64,000 bases of DNA from positions 416,001 through 480,000 of the forward strand of contig JBMNJT010000002.1 in assembly GCA_050951805.1 (NCBI GenBank), written 5' to 3'. The position numbers and the translations under genes are program-made. Below the pieces are notes generated by a model that was not told the DNA's origin, made no database searches, and saw only the letters and a program-made list of their open reading frames with translations. Below are positions 51,302 through 62,555 of this stretch, piece by piece (within the stretch, counting starts at the first letter, position 1; every line of letters begins with the position of its first letter). Source of the stretch: Bacillota bacterium (GTDB taxonomy: Bacteria; Bacillota; DTU025).

Positions 51302-51791
51302 ATCGAATGCACCTCCCCATCTTTGCCCATCTCAGTCTCTGCATATAGATTTTGCGATGCTCCTTGAGGGTTCTTTCAGGCCCCAGTTGCCCAATGAAAG
51401 CCGGGACACTTCTTGTGACTTGCCAAGAATAAGACTATTCGCTGCCTACCCTATGCCATTTTTTCAGACGCGAGCTCAATTTGGGTCAACAGGTCAGGCC
51501 CCGGGCATGCGCCCTTAAATCCCTGCCCCAAACGATCATTATGCAGCCATGTATATTCCATGGTGTGGCTTAAGATGGCATGCTATAGCAGATCATGATC
51601 GGGCACATGTCGAAATGGAGCCCGAACCCGTTGCCATGTCGAAAAACCGCCACAATGTCACTTCCAAAGCCAGCGGGGCTATCAGCTCTCTCGCCGGTTA
51701 CAGATCGGGTTGGCTTCAATATATATTACCTTTTCATGCGGGATGTGGAGTATGCGATTCGTGCCTGACTTAACATGACGTCTAGTTGCTC

Positions 51792-52697
51792 TCATCCAAT
51801 GGCCAAGGCTACCACGCCTGCCGCCATTGCAACAGATGCCCACAAGCGTTTTTTTCTTGAGCTGGGGTCTCCTTCCTCGAGCATCCGAGTCCCGGCAAGT
51901 GTGCCCAGGAGGATGCTGATTTCCCGTGCCGGGGCGACGTAGCTTACAGGCGATGTTGCCAGGGCCGTGAGGACCAAAAGATACGATAGGGGTGATGATA
52001 TGGAGACTATGAGGGCAGGTTTCCATTGAGTGCGCATGGCGGTGCTCACTTCAGCTCGACGCTTCTTCGATAATAGGAAAAACGGCGCCATTCCTATGGC
52101 ACGCACACAATTGGCAGCCGACGACAGAAACGCCGGTTTGACGCCGACCACATCAAGAGCGTACTTGTCCCACATAGTGTAACCTGCGATCAAAACCCCG
52201 GTGAGGAGCCCGTACACTATTGCTTTGCTGCTGCCGTCATCAGAAGGCGTAGCCTGCGGCTCCTCGGCGCCTGCAAGAAAGAATGCGCCTACTCCTATGA
52301 GCAATGCGCCTGCCAACGCTAATCCTGATGGGCGCTCTCCATACAAAAGCATCGCCGCCAACGTGGATAACAGCGGGCCTGTCCCGCGCGCCAGCGGATA
52401 GACGAGGGATAGATCCCCACATCCGTATCCCGCTTGTAGAGACAGGAAATAGGCTGTATGGATTGCTCCACTGACACTGATTGCGACGACTACAGAGAAA
52501 GGGGATGCTCCTGCTCCTGGCGTGGTCACGTTCCCGGTCATCAACAGCCACGCTGCCAAGGGAAACCAACACAATGCCGACCCGGCAGCCATCAGAAACA
52601 CGTATGCCGCGCCGCCTTCAGCTTTCTTAGTCGCCAGATTCCAGCCTGCGTGGATCACAGCCGAAACGAGTACCAAGATAAGTGCGGAAGTTGTCAC
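51792..52697 (-). CDS. EamA/DMT-family transporter
   Basis: HAGWNL, DLSLVYPLARGTGP, SYVAPAREISI; about ten TMs. Confidence 0.9.
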   Translation of the reverse strand: MTTSALILVLVSAVIHAGWNLATKKAEGGAAYVFLMAAGSALCWFPLAAWLLMTGNVTTPGAGASPFSVVVAISVSGAIHTAYFLSLQAGYGCGDLSLVYPLARGTGPLLSTLAAMLLYGERPSGLALAGALLIGVGAFFLAGAEEPQATPSDDGSSKAIVYGLLTGVLIAGYTMWDKYALDVVGVKPAFLSSAANCVRAIGMAPFFLLSKKRRAEVSTAMRTQWKPALIVSISSPLSYLLVLTALATSPVSYVAPAREISILLGTLAGTRMLEEGDPSSRKKRLWASVAMAAGVVALAIG

Positions 52698-52926
52698 TGC
52701 TTCACCTCCTTCCGACGAATATTCTCTTTTACCGATTCAATCCCTGCTTGCGTCAGGCGGATGAAGTGGTGCCGGGGGCATGGCAGCACTTTGCCTCTAA
52801 AGTCGGAAGTGATATAGTCTACATGCAGCGCAGGGCCTGGTTATGATGGAGTTGGGAAGTGTCTGAGGATGGGTTTCCCGGATGCACTGCGTTCTGCATG
52901 AGACTGCAAGGAGGATGAGTTGGAAT

Positions 52927-53664
52927 ATGCTCTGCCACAGACTTATAGCCCTCGATCTCGATGGTACGGTGCTCACAGACGACAAAAGAATTGCGGACAG
53001 TACGAAGTTATGGGTCGGAAAAGCCGCAGATGCCGGGGTCATCGTCACGTTTGCCACGGGGAGGGGAAGGCAAGACGCGCTTTCATTCGTGCGCGAGCTC
53101 GATCTCGATTCGCCGATGGTGTTCTTGAATGGGGCTGAGATTTGGGGTGGACCTGGACAGCTGTTGGAAAGGCACTTCATGGATACTGAGGACATTTACC
53201 GGTTACACCAACTGACGGCGGAGACTGGATGCTGCTTTTGGGGATACACCGTGGAGACCCTAATACAGAATGACTGGAGTAACGACATGCTTCATCAAGA
53301 GTGGATGAAGTACGGCATGTACTGCGACGATGTCGACTTAATGGCCCAATTACGCGACTACGTCGACAGCTGGGGGACGGTCGAGGTAACCTGCACGTCT
53401 GATGCGAACATGGAAGTCACTGCTCGGGGAATCACGAAAGCCCGAGGAGTCAGGAGAATATGCGAACAGATAGGCATCGAGATGGAGGCGGTCATGGCTG
53501 TTGGAGATGGTCTCAACGATCTGGACTTGATTGAAGGCGCAGGATTGGGCGTGGCAATGGGCAATGCCGCAGAAGAGCTGAAGCGGGCTGCCGACTTTGT
53601 CACTGAATCCAACGAGGATGACGGTGTGGTTCTGGCGATTCGCCGTTGTATCTTTGGCATGTAA
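52927..53664 (+). CDS. Cof-type HAD-IIB hydrolase
   Basis: DLDGT, ATGR, NGA, K, GDGLND, GVAMGNA. Confidence 0.93.
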   Translation: MLCHRLIALDLDGTVLTDDKRIADSTKLWVGKAADAGVIVTFATGRGRQDALSFVRELDLDSPMVFLNGAEIWGGPGQLLERHFMDTEDIYRLHQLTAETGCCFWGYTVETLIQNDWSNDMLHQEWMKYGMYCDDVDLMAQLRDYVDSWGTVEVTCTSDANMEVTARGITKARGVRRICEQIGIEMEAVMAVGDGLNDLDLIEGAGLGVAMGNAAEELKRAADFVTESNEDDGVVLAIRRCIFGM

Positions 53665-53962
53665 TTGCTATTGGCGAAGGGACAATGGCGACCGAATATC
53701 CCCCCCGATTGGCTTCCAAATTTCATTCTTGTATTGTTTCCCAGACGACAGTCTATAAAACTGATGATGGCGCTTGAAAGCCTCTAACCTGAGGGCCTAG
53801 CGGAAGTGTATCACGGAGTGACATCGCTGGCCGGCGACCTATGGTGTTCCCTAGGAAGCCGCAAAGAGCGCCCCAGCCTTATCAAGAAACTCTATCGAGG
53901 CCTGTCCAGACACATACGACGTGCGTTGGGCCGTGCCCCATTATTATAAGCATTCTTTGTAC

Positions 53963-54014
53963 AATTATTGTGAATAATTTTCTGTTTGACTTATCTAGCT
54001 CGCACACGTATAAT
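53963..54014 (+). promoter_or_regulatory. Near-consensus sigma-A promoter with upstream palindrome
   Basis: TTGACT(53986)-N17-TATAAT(54009); AATTATT-GTG-AATAATT at 53963-53979. Confidence 0.75.
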
Positions 54015-54071
54015 TACAGACTAATATCTATTAACGATTTATCATTAGATGCAGCAAGGGGGCAACAGGAC

Positions 54072-55652
54072 ATGTCGAAAAGGACAGTTCTAGCAATCGT
54101 GGCAGCACTTCTATTGGTGTCTGCATCAACCGTGGTTTTGGGAGCCGGTCCGACTAAGGGCGGCACTCTCAAGATCGCGGCGTCATCCATCCAACAGCTT
54201 GATCCATACAAGACTGCCGCCAATGACGAAACCAATCTGTGCGGCCTCGTCTTCGATCCCCTCGTGGTTATCGGCAAAGATAGTTTCGAGCCGAAACCCC
54301 ACCTTGCGCAAAGTTGGGAAATGCCTGATGAGAACACTTGGGTTTTCCATATTCGCAAAGGCGTGTACTTCCAGGAGGGCAATGAGGTTTTCAAAAAGGG
54401 CGCCAAACGTGAAGTGACGGCGGACGACGTCGTGTATTCCATTAATCGTTTCATCAACGTTAGCACTGCTTTCACCCTTGGCCCAATCAAGAGTGTCAAG
54501 GCACTCGATCGTTATACTGTCGAGATCAAGACGCCTGAGCCGTCGCCGTTTCTGGTCAGCGATCCCAACCGATTGCCAAGTGTGGGCATAGTGCCTCGTG
54601 AGGCAATCGAGAAGCTTGGCGAAGATGGCTTTGCCAGAAAGCCCATAGGCTCAGGGCCATTCCAGCTCAAGAGCTTTTCACCTGATAAAGGCGCTGTTCT
54701 TGAACGGAATCCTCGCTACTGGTTGCCGGTATATCTCGATAAAGTTGAATTCGTCGTCATACCTGATCCGACGGTTCAGGTAATGGCCGTTACTTCGGGG
54801 CAAGTGGACATAATCACGTATCTTGTGAACATGGACGCCATGCCCACGATTTCGAAGAACCGCAAGCTGGCTGCTGTGAGAGGTCGTGGCGGCTCATATA
54901 GGGGTCTTGGTTTTAACGTGACTGTTTCGCCTTTCGATGAATTCGCGGTGCGCGATGCGATTTCGAAGGCCATGAACATTGATGCCGCGTTCAACGCAGT
55001 GGTAGCGCCCCATGGCCAGCGGGCATATGGGCAGTGCCCTCCCTGGGTTGCCCATGGCTATGATCCAAGTCTGAAGAGCCTGTGGAAATATGACCCTAAG
55101 GAAGCCGTAGCAATACTGAATAAGGCCGGATTCCGAGACACAAATGGCGATGGAATACTTGACCGAAATGGGCAGCCCTTGAAAGTGGAGATGAAGACTG
55201 TCCCCGGTTCGCAAGTGAGGGTGCTCACAATCCTCGCTACACAGCTCAGGCAGATCGGGATAGATGCATCAGTAGTGCAGCAGGATACGGCCGTTTGGGT
55301 GTCTGACATCATGGGCGGGAAGTCCGGCGTGTTCTTCGACTTCAGTTTCGCAGGAACCACTGGTCTGCATTCGCTCTTCCACAGTGAGGCGATTGGGAAG
55401 ACGAATGGCCACTTCTATGCCGATTCCACTGTAGACTCCCTGCTCGATCAGGCGCTAAGGACCACTGACATGAAGAAGCTGTCGAGCCTCTGGAAGCAGG
55501 CGCAACGCAAGATCATGGAGGACAGGGCCTCGATACCGCTCTACTTCGAATGGGGATACTCGGTTGTAAACAAGAAAGTCAATGACTACGTGTCGCCGTG
55601 GGGCGGTCTCCACCTAGTGACACTCGAGAACAACGTCTGGATTTCAAAGTAG
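54072..55652 (+). CDS. Peptide ABC transporter substrate-binding protein (family 5)
   Basis: Sec signal without lipobox; LAQSW, TADDVVYS, PIGSGPF, YDPKEA..L..AG. Confidence 0.92.
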   Translation: MSKRTVLAIVAALLLVSASTVVLGAGPTKGGTLKIAASSIQQLDPYKTAANDETNLCGLVFDPLVVIGKDSFEPKPHLAQSWEMPDENTWVFHIRKGVYFQEGNEVFKKGAKREVTADDVVYSINRFINVSTAFTLGPIKSVKALDRYTVEIKTPEPSPFLVSDPNRLPSVGIVPREAIEKLGEDGFARKPIGSGPFQLKSFSPDKGAVLERNPRYWLPVYLDKVEFVVIPDPTVQVMAVTSGQVDIITYLVNMDAMPTISKNRKLAAVRGRGGSYRGLGFNVTVSPFDEFAVRDAISKAMNIDAAFNAVVAPHGQRAYGQCPPWVAHGYDPSLKSLWKYDPKEAVAILNKAGFRDTNGDGILDRNGQPLKVEMKTVPGSQVRVLTILATQLRQIGIDASVVQQDTAVWVSDIMGGKSGVFFDFSFAGTTGLHSLFHSEAIGKTNGHFYADSTVDSLLDQALRTTDMKKLSSLWKQAQRKIMEDRASIPLYFEWGYSVVNKKVNDYVSPWGGLHLVTLENNVWISK

Positions 55653-55785
55653 CGTTCATTCCTGACAGATCGATTCGTACGGGAAGATGAACCCAGGAAG
55701 CTTCGATGGGGAGGGATACGTTGCTTGGCGACGCAGCCTTGAAATGTAGCGCCCTCCCCTGTGAAGTTAGGGGGGAAGGTCAGAG

Positions 55786-56733
55786 TTGACCAGATATATT
55801 GTACGTCGTCTTTTGGCGACAGTGCCGGTTATAATCGGCATCACCTTCATAGTGTTTGCGATGGTCAGTTTCGCTCCCGGCGACCCGATCGAGCTTATGC
55901 TCGGATCGGAGACTGTAAATCCGGAATACGCCGAGCGAATTCGGATAGAATTGGGCCTCGACAGGCCATGGTACGAGCAGTATTTGCGATATATGAGTGG
56001 ATTGCTCCGTGGCGATATGGGAAGATCGATAGTCTACAATCGTCCGGTAGCAGGGCAGGTCAAAGAGAGGTTTGCAAACACGGCCATTCTTGCCGTGTCG
56101 TCCGCGATATTTGCGCTACTGATCTCGATCCCGTTGGGCGTGTTGGCCGCTGCAAAGAGGCGCACTTGGATAGATTACACAGCGACGACCCTTGCAATGC
56201 TAGGAGTCTCGCTTCCAGGGTTTTACCTTGGACTTCTGCTGATTCTTCTTTTTGGAGTGAGGCTCGGATGGCTTCCCATCACAGGAATGGGCGCTGCGGG
56301 ATCGGGCGCTTGGGAGTATATCAAACACTTGATACTGCCATCTATAACGTTGGGCAGTGGAATGGCCGCGATTCTGACGCGTCTCACAAGATCGTCCGTG
56401 CTTGAAGCGCTATCACAAGACTTCGTGCGTACTGCCAGGGCCAAAGGGGTCCGTGAGAAGACGGTCCTTTACAAGCACGCTCTCCGCAATGCGCTGTTGC
56501 CCGTAATTACCACCTTCGGGCTGCAATTCGGATCATTGCTCGGAGGAGCTGTGATAACAGAGACGATCTTTTCGTGGCCGGGCATAGGCATGTTGGCTGT
56601 GAACGCAGTCAAACAGCGAGACATTCCGGTAATCCAGGGGACAACCCTTGTTTTCGCTCTCAGCTTTGTGCTGATTACACTCATCGTCGATATAGTATAC
56701 GTATTCATAGATCCGAGGATTAGATATGAGTAA
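55786..56733 (+). CDS. dppB: Dipeptide/oligopeptide ABC permease (DppB)
   Basis: LGLDRP, FVRTARAKG, ETIFSWPGIG, DPRIRY. Confidence 0.92.
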   Translation: MTRYIVRRLLATVPVIIGITFIVFAMVSFAPGDPIELMLGSETVNPEYAERIRIELGLDRPWYEQYLRYMSGLLRGDMGRSIVYNRPVAGQVKERFANTAILAVSSAIFALLISIPLGVLAAAKRRTWIDYTATTLAMLGVSLPGFYLGLLLILLFGVRLGWLPITGMGAAGSGAWEYIKHLILPSITLGSGMAAILTRLTRSSVLEALSQDFVRTARAKGVREKTVLYKHALRNALLPVITTFGLQFGSLLGGAVITETIFSWPGIGMLAVNAVKQRDIPVIQGTTLVFALSFVLITLIVDIVYVFIDPRIRYE

Positions 56734-57622
56734 AGAAAGAGAAAGAATTGAGGAAACAGAGGGAACGATAAGGTCTGAGTTTGCCCATGTCGTGCAAGTG
56801 TTCTTCAGGCATAAGCTCGGCGTTTTGGGACTTGTCATGCTCGTGGCATTCGTGGCCATAGCCATCTTTGCGCCGGTCGTTGCGCCATGTGACCCATATG
56901 AGATGGACCTTGCGAATCCATTCCTGCCGCCGGGCTCGCCAGGACACATCCTCGGCACCGACAACTTTGGGCGAGACATGCTGTCACGGCTCATATACGG
57001 CTCAAGAATATCTCTTCTTATCGGCATTGTAGTTGTGTCGATATCGAGTGTTCTCGGGTCGTTGCTTGGCATGGTTGCGGGCTACTACGGCGGATGGGTT
57101 GACGCATTGGTAATGCGTCTTGTTGAGGTGTTCTATTCATTTCCGTTTCTCATTCTCGTGATAGCGGTCATGGCTATTTTGGGCCCCAGCATATTCAATG
57201 TCATGTGGGTGTTGGGCGTTGTAAGCTGGCCGCTGTACGCACGTTTGGTGAGGGCCCAGGTAATGGCCCTTAAATCCGAAGATTTCATTAAAGCTGCGAG
57301 CGCGTTAGGATGTAGCGACGCCAGGATAATGTTCAGGCACATACTCCCCAACGTGCTGACGCCCGTGATAGTCTCGGCAACGCTTGGAATACCCAGCGCG
57401 ATACTTTCCTCTGCATCTCTGGGTTTTCTGGGGTTTGGAGTTCAGCCGCCAACCCCTGAGTGGGGTGCGATGGTGAGCGAGGCCAAGGATTTTATGTTGA
57501 TCAACTCCAACATGATTATCTGGCCGGGCCTCTGCATTTTTCTGGTTGTTCTCAGCTTCAACTTCGTGGGCGATGCATTGCGGGACGCTCTCGATCCGCG
57601 CCTTGCCAAACAGCTGAACTGA
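56726..57622 (+). CDS. dppC: Dipeptide/oligopeptide ABC permease (DppC)
   Basis: HILGTDNFGRD, QPPTPEWG, GDALRDALDP. Confidence 0.92.
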   Translation: MSKERERIEETEGTIRSEFAHVVQVFFRHKLGVLGLVMLVAFVAIAIFAPVVAPCDPYEMDLANPFLPPGSPGHILGTDNFGRDMLSRLIYGSRISLLIGIVVVSISSVLGSLLGMVAGYYGGWVDALVMRLVEVFYSFPFLILVIAVMAILGPSIFNVMWVLGVVSWPLYARLVRAQVMALKSEDFIKAASALGCSDARIMFRHILPNVLTPVIVSATLGIPSAILSSASLGFLGFGVQPPTPEWGAMVSEAKDFMLINSNMIIWPGLCIFLVVLSFNFVGDALRDALDPRLAKQLN

Positions 57623-57707
57623 ACGCAGTCGAGTGGATAGCACCAATGCCGCGAAGGTTACGGCATGCGAAAGCACTAGCACTATATGTAGCTTGGGAGG
57701 TTTGCAA

Positions 57708-59126
57708 ATGAAAGCAGACTTGACGATAGAAGAACGATTGGCTGCAGTCCCTGAATACACGCGATTTGTGACAGTTGACGAGCTTTATGCACGCGCCAAG
57801 GCGGTGGCGGAGGCCCGTCCTGACATTGCAAAACTGGCCATTGTCGGAAAATCTACAGCCGGCAGCGAGATACCTATGGTCTCCATAGGCGACGGGCCTG
57901 TGAGCATATTGATCTTTGCCTGTCCGCACCCGAACGAACCCATCGGGGCGATGATGACTTACTTCCTAATGGAAGAGCTCCTGAAGGATGAGGACCTGCG
58001 TGCGGGTCGCACGTGGCATATCATGCCGTGTGTCGATCCTGACGGGACGCGTATGAACGAAGGATGGTTTGCAGGCCCATTCAACATCAGAAACTACGCG
58101 CACGATTTCTATAGGCCGCGGCCTCAGGATCAGGTGGAGTGGACTTTCCCAATAGAATACAAGACTCTCAAATGGGATACGCCCAAACCTGAGACGCAGG
58201 CCTTGATGAAGGCAATAGAGACGACACGTCCGGACGTGATGTACTCGCTGCACAACGCCGGCTTCGGAGGAGCTTATTACTATATATCGAGCGGGCTGAG
58301 CAAGGAAGACTACGACGAACTCCACAGAATTCCGATCGATCGCGGCCTTCCGCTCTCATTGGGTGAGCCTGAAGTGCCTTGGGCGGTTGAACTCTATCCG
58401 GGAGTGTACGAATCGTGCCCGATAACGGCTTCCTATGATTACTACGAGCAATTCGCGCCTGGCGACCCGGCACAGTATATCACGGCTGGAGCTGGCAGCG
58501 ATGAGTGGGCCAAGACAGTATGTGATCCGTTTTCGATCGTCACTGAAGTGCCGTATTTCGTGTCTGCCAAAATAGGGGACGAGACTCCTATTGGACGGAC
58601 GAGACGAGAGGTGGTTCTGGAGGGCATAGATAGGGGTAGGCGCATATACGAGTTGCTTGCCAAGGACCTAACCGCGACTGAAGGTCTGATAACAAGGCCT
58701 GAGGGAAAGCTCCTTCGAGGTGCAGTCGAAACATTCGTCGATTCGGAACTGAAGTCCATTCCAAGCCAAGAGCGGTGGGCGCGGGAGACTTCCGGGATGG
58801 ATCAGCCTGCTACAGTTGCTCAGGAGGTTGACTCGATCTATGTGGGCGTGTTCTACAAGATGATAGTCGCCAGCATGTTGGCTCGAGCCATAGCGGGCGA
58901 ACTTGGTGCGGAGAGTCAGGAGGAATGCTGCGATGGGGGATATGGATGCAGCTGTGCGCCTAAAAGGCAGATCCTGCGGTCCGTTCTGTACGACCTCAAT
59001 GCCCATATTGACAGATGGGCCACTGATATAGAAGAGAATCTTGCATACGAAGTGGTCCCCATAAAGGATCTGATCGAGGTTCAATATGGAGCGCTTCTTG
59101 TAGTTCTCAATGCGAAAGGATTCTAA
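57708..59126 (+). CDS. M14-family zinc carboxypeptidase-like protein (cytoplasmic)
   Basis: PHPNEP (HxxE), DPDG, PETQAL, SLHNA, TEVP; ATG 57708 after GGAGG. Confidence 0.85.
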   Translation: MKADLTIEERLAAVPEYTRFVTVDELYARAKAVAEARPDIAKLAIVGKSTAGSEIPMVSIGDGPVSILIFACPHPNEPIGAMMTYFLMEELLKDEDLRAGRTWHIMPCVDPDGTRMNEGWFAGPFNIRNYAHDFYRPRPQDQVEWTFPIEYKTLKWDTPKPETQALMKAIETTRPDVMYSLHNAGFGGAYYYISSGLSKEDYDELHRIPIDRGLPLSLGEPEVPWAVELYPGVYESCPITASYDYYEQFAPGDPAQYITAGAGSDEWAKTVCDPFSIVTEVPYFVSAKIGDETPIGRTRREVVLEGIDRGRRIYELLAKDLTATEGLITRPEGKLLRGAVETFVDSELKSIPSQERWARETSGMDQPATVAQEVDSIYVGVFYKMIVASMLARAIAGELGAESQEECCDGGYGCSCAPKRQILRSVLYDLNAHIDRWATDIEENLAYEVVPIKDLIEVQYGALLVVLNAKGF

Positions 59127-59140
59127 GGGGGGGCACAAGA

Positions 59141-60136
59141 GTGCCAGAACTGCACGAACCGTTGTTATCAGTCAGAAATCTGATCACTCGCTTCATGACT
59201 GAAGACGGAGAGGTAACAGCCGTCGATGACGTGAGCTTTGATGTATGGCCAGGCGAGACCTTAGGCATAGTCGGCGAGAGCGGATGCGGCAAGAGCGTGA
59301 CATCCCTTTCGGTAATGCGACTTGTTCAGAGTCCTCCCGGGGTGATCGCTTCCGGGCAGGTGATGTTCGGAGGACGAGATTTGTTATCCATACCAGAACA
59401 TGATATGCGGAAGATCAGAGGAAACGAGATATCCATGATATTTCAGGAGCCGATGACAAGCCTCAACCCCGTATTCACCGTGGGTGACCAGATTATGGAG
59501 GCAATACTGCTTCACCAAGAGGTAGACAAGCGTACTGCAAGAAAACTCGCTATAGAGATGTTGCGGAAGGTGGGAATTCCTTCGCCCGAGCGGCGTGTGG
59601 ACGAGTATCCGCACCAGATGAGCGGCGGAATGAGGCAGAGGGTCATGATCGCCATGGCAATTGCTTGTAATCCCAAGCTGTTGATAGCAGATGAACCCAC
59701 AACTGCCCTGGACGTGACGATTCAGGCGCAGATCCTGGACCTCATAGCGCAGTTGAAATCGGATAGCGGAGCGTCGGTGATGCTCATCACCCACGATCTG
59801 GGCGTGATCGCCGAAACGGCTGACAGGGTGGTAGTGATGTACGCATCCCAGATAGTGGAGACAGGCGATGTGATGACGATATTCGAGAAACCGGTGCATC
59901 CCTACACCGCAGGTCTGCTTCGTTCAGTTCCCAAGCTGAATGAAGAGACAGAACGGCTCCATCCTATCGATGGCGTCGTCCCGAGTCCGTTGCGAATGCC
60001 GGAAGGGTGCCGGTTTGCGCCTAGATGTCCTAATGCCCAAGCGGCCTGCAGGCGCGAAATGCCTCCCTTGAGGAGAATCGCTCCTGGGCACGAGGTAAGG
60101 TGTATCAGGGCAGAAAAGGAGGCGGACCAGAAGTGA
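59141..60136 (+). CDS. dppD: Peptide ABC transporter ATP-binding protein (DppD)
   Basis: [24 protein letters not shown]. Confidence 0.93.
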   Translation: MPELHEPLLSVRNLITRFMTEDGEVTAVDDVSFDVWPGETLGIVGESGCGKSVTSLSVMRLVQSPPGVIASGQVMFGGRDLLSIPEHDMRKIRGNEISMIFQEPMTSLNPVFTVGDQIMEAILLHQEVDKRTARKLAIEMLRKVGIPSPERRVDEYPHQMSGGMRQRVMIAMAIACNPKLLIADEPTTALDVTIQAQILDLIAQLKSDSGASVMLITHDLGVIAETADRVVVMYASQIVETGDVMTIFEKPVHPYTAGLLRSVPKLNEETERLHPIDGVVPSPLRMPEGCRFAPRCPNAQAACRREMPPLRRIAPGHEVRCIRAEKEADQK

Positions 60137-61137
60137 GCAAAGGATCAGCTGAAGCTCTGCTCCGCGTAGATAATCTGACAAAGCACTATCCGATTACTCA
60201 GGGGATAATTCGCCAGAAGCAAGTAGGCGCAGTCCGGGCGGTTGATGGAATATCCTTCGAAGTTCGAAAGGGCGAGACTTTGGGCCTTGTAGGCGAGAGC
60301 GGATGTGGCAAGTCAACCACCGGGCGGCTGCTGATGCGGCTCGAGGAGCCTACGGAAGGATCGATCCGTTTCGACGGCTGTGATTGGCTTTCAATGGGCA
60401 AGGAAGATCTCCGGAGAGCGCGCAAGGATATGCAGATAGTCTTCCAGGATCCATTTTCATCTCTCAACCCTCGGATGACCGTGGGTGAGATGGTTGGCGA
60501 GCCCTTGCTGGTTCACGGGATTGCAAAAGGCGCCGAATTGGAGCGGAGGACTGCAGAGCTTTTGGGAGTTGTCGGGCTTGACAGATCGCATGCACACAGG
60601 TATCCGCACGAGTTTTCCGGCGGGCAACGCCAGCGAATCGGCGTTGCGAGGGCGCTCGCACTCAATCCCAAGCTGATAATCCTGGACGAACCCGTATCGG
60701 CTCTGGACGTTTCCGTTCAGGCGCAGGTCATCAACTTGCTCCAGGATCTGCAGCAAGAGTTCGGGCTGACGTATATCTTTATCGCCCACGACCTTGCTGT
60801 AGTTCGGCACATAAGCAACAGAGTGGCCGTGATGTACCTGGGAAAGATTGTAGAGCTGGCGCAGAAGGATGAACTATGTTCAAGCCCTCTGCATCCGTAT
60901 ACGGAGGCGCTGCTATCTGCGGTGCCGATACCCGACCCGAAGCTGAGGGGCGGGAGACAGAGGATAATACTTGAAGGAGACGTTCCTAGCCCGGTTGACC
61001 CCCCGAGCGGCTGCAGGTTCCATACGAGATGTCGGTTGGCTCAGGACATATGCAGCGAAAAGGAACCGGTGCTCGAGGATGTTGGCGGAGGACATATGTG
61101 CGCCTGCTGGGTGCGAGGCCGCACAGAGGTTGCATGA
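60133..61137 (+). CDS. dppF: Peptide ABC transporter ATP-binding protein (DppF)
   Basis: GTG start overlapping the dppD TGA; [28 protein letters not shown]. Confidence 0.93.
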   Translation: MSKGSAEALLRVDNLTKHYPITQGIIRQKQVGAVRAVDGISFEVRKGETLGLVGESGCGKSTTGRLLMRLEEPTEGSIRFDGCDWLSMGKEDLRRARKDMQIVFQDPFSSLNPRMTVGEMVGEPLLVHGIAKGAELERRTAELLGVVGLDRSHAHRYPHEFSGGQRQRIGVARALALNPKLIILDEPVSALDVSVQAQVINLLQDLQQEFGLTYIFIAHDLAVVRHISNRVAVMYLGKIVELAQKDELCSSPLHPYTEALLSAVPIPDPKLRGGRQRIILEGDVPSPVDPPSGCRFHTRCRLAQDICSEKEPVLEDVGGGHMCACWVRGRTEVA

Positions 61138-61147
61138 TGTGAATATG

Positions 61148-61441
61148 CCGCTGAGGTTTCCGGCGGAGTTTCGCCAATCCCATGAAAGCTTTCATGTGGA
61201 TTGGCCGTTAGTTGGGCGTGTCGCTTCTGCAAGAATGACCTGTCGACGGGTCGCCCCACTCTGAGGACTGGGGAAAAGAAGCGACGCGCCGGCGTCGCCG
61301 TCAATATGCCAGCCTTCGGAGGTTGCTGCAATTGACACTCGCATACTTGGGGATTCTTAGGCGCTCGAACCGTAGCCCACGACCTATGCCAGGCTGTGGG
61401 CTGCCGGTGAAAGGACTTGGATCTCACAACTAGCATGTGAC
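61148..61441 (+). other. Candidate structured RNA or palindromic element (about 300 nt of consecutive hairpins)
   Basis: Back-to-back stems including a 14-bp stem closing a multibranch junction; non-Watson-Crick pairs are mostly G-U on the + strand. Confidence 0.45.
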
Positions 61442-61456
61442 GCGAGAGTCTTAATA

Positions 61457-62353
61457 TCAGTCCTTGTCATCTACGAACATGTCAGCACGCTTGAACCAGT
61501 TGAACCCTGCTTCCTCAGTGGCCCGGACAAGGTCCTCATTCCCATCAGGCAGTTTGTCTGCACGGTAGTGCAGGCCAAACCTGTATTGCGCTGCATTTAT
61601 CAGTCCAGCTTCCCGGACTCGTTCCAGGCATTCAACAGCAAATTCATCGCCGTGCACTGCTTTGCATACTTCCTCCAGAATTGCTACTCGCTCTTCGGTG
61701 GCTTCAAGGGCAAACCCTTCGTACTTGTTTTCATAGGCCCGCAGCAATTCTTCAGCATCCAGATCCCGGTAGACCTCATCATGCACTACAACGTCTGCCC
61801 CCAACTTCCTGCGGGGCATTGGTCGTTCTCGGGGATACCCAATAGCCAGCAACACTACGGGAAGCACTCCATTTGGGAGTTCGAGCAGTTCGCGAAGTTC
61901 ACGAAGGCATTCCAGGACGGTTCCAATGTAACACGAGCCGAGCCCGACGGCGTCGGCGGCGGTGCAGATGTTTTGAGCACAAATGACAGTATCCTGAAAT
62001 GAGATCCAAAAGTGGCGGAACGACTGTGTGGCGGAGAACGGAGCGTCCTCCAAGGATGCCCACCGTTCTAGTCGGTGCCAATCAATGCAGAATACTAGGT
62101 TGACCGGGGCTTTGGCAATGAAACCCTGATCGCCGCAGAATTCGGCCAGGCGGATGCGCATGTCATGATTTTCGACCTTTATTATGGAATATGGCTGTAG
62201 ATTGCCGCCGGTTGGCGCATGGATTCCGGCATTGAGCACTGCATTAATCGTCTCTTGCGGTATCTTCTTGTCAGAAAAATCGCGGCAGCTCGCCCTCGAC
62301 GTAAGCAGACGAAGGGTTTCGTTGCCATTCGCATAGCCATTGGCGCAGTTCAT
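61457..62353 (-). CDS. Nitroreductase-family protein (NfrA/Frp-like)
   Basis: RASCRDF, APTGGNLQPYSII, AQN..AA..GLGSCYIG, IGYP. Confidence 0.92.
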   Translation of the reverse strand: MNCANGYANGNETLRLLTSRASCRDFSDKKIPQETINAVLNAGIHAPTGGNLQPYSIIKVENHDMRIRLAEFCGDQGFIAKAPVNLVFCIDWHRLERWASLEDAPFSATQSFRHFWISFQDTVICAQNICTAADAVGLGSCYIGTVLECLRELRELLELPNGVLPVVLLAIGYPRERPMPRRKLGADVVVHDEVYRDLDAEELLRAYENKYEGFALEATEERVAILEEVCKAVHGDEFAVECLERVREAGLINAAQYRFGLHYRADKLPDGNEDLVRATEEAGFNWFKRADMFVDDKD

Positions 62354-62455
62354 GTGCCTACCTCCTCAAAGCCATACTATTGTTCCCGCGGGCGTAGCAA
62401 AAGATATGCTGAAAGCCGCGTGGAAGGCTGCGCATCATTTGATCCCAGTTAAGGT

Positions 62456-62483
62456 TTTAGGGGCGCCTTCCGACGCCCCTAAA
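62456..62483 (-). terminator. Terminator hairpin downstream of the small acidic lipoprotein gene
   Basis: TTTAGGGGCG...CGCCCCTAAA inverted repeat. Confidence 0.65.
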
Positions 62484-62555
62484 TCGAATAGATCTAGTCA
62501 GTTATCCAACTGCATTACGGCAACATAAGACCGTAGTATGTTTTTACCGGACGAA

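Noticed and set aside
61215-61290. Hammerhead ribozyme suggested by CTGAGGA...GAAA
   Set aside because: No real stem II between CUGAGGA and GAAA, and the required UH cleavage site is absent (G at that position)
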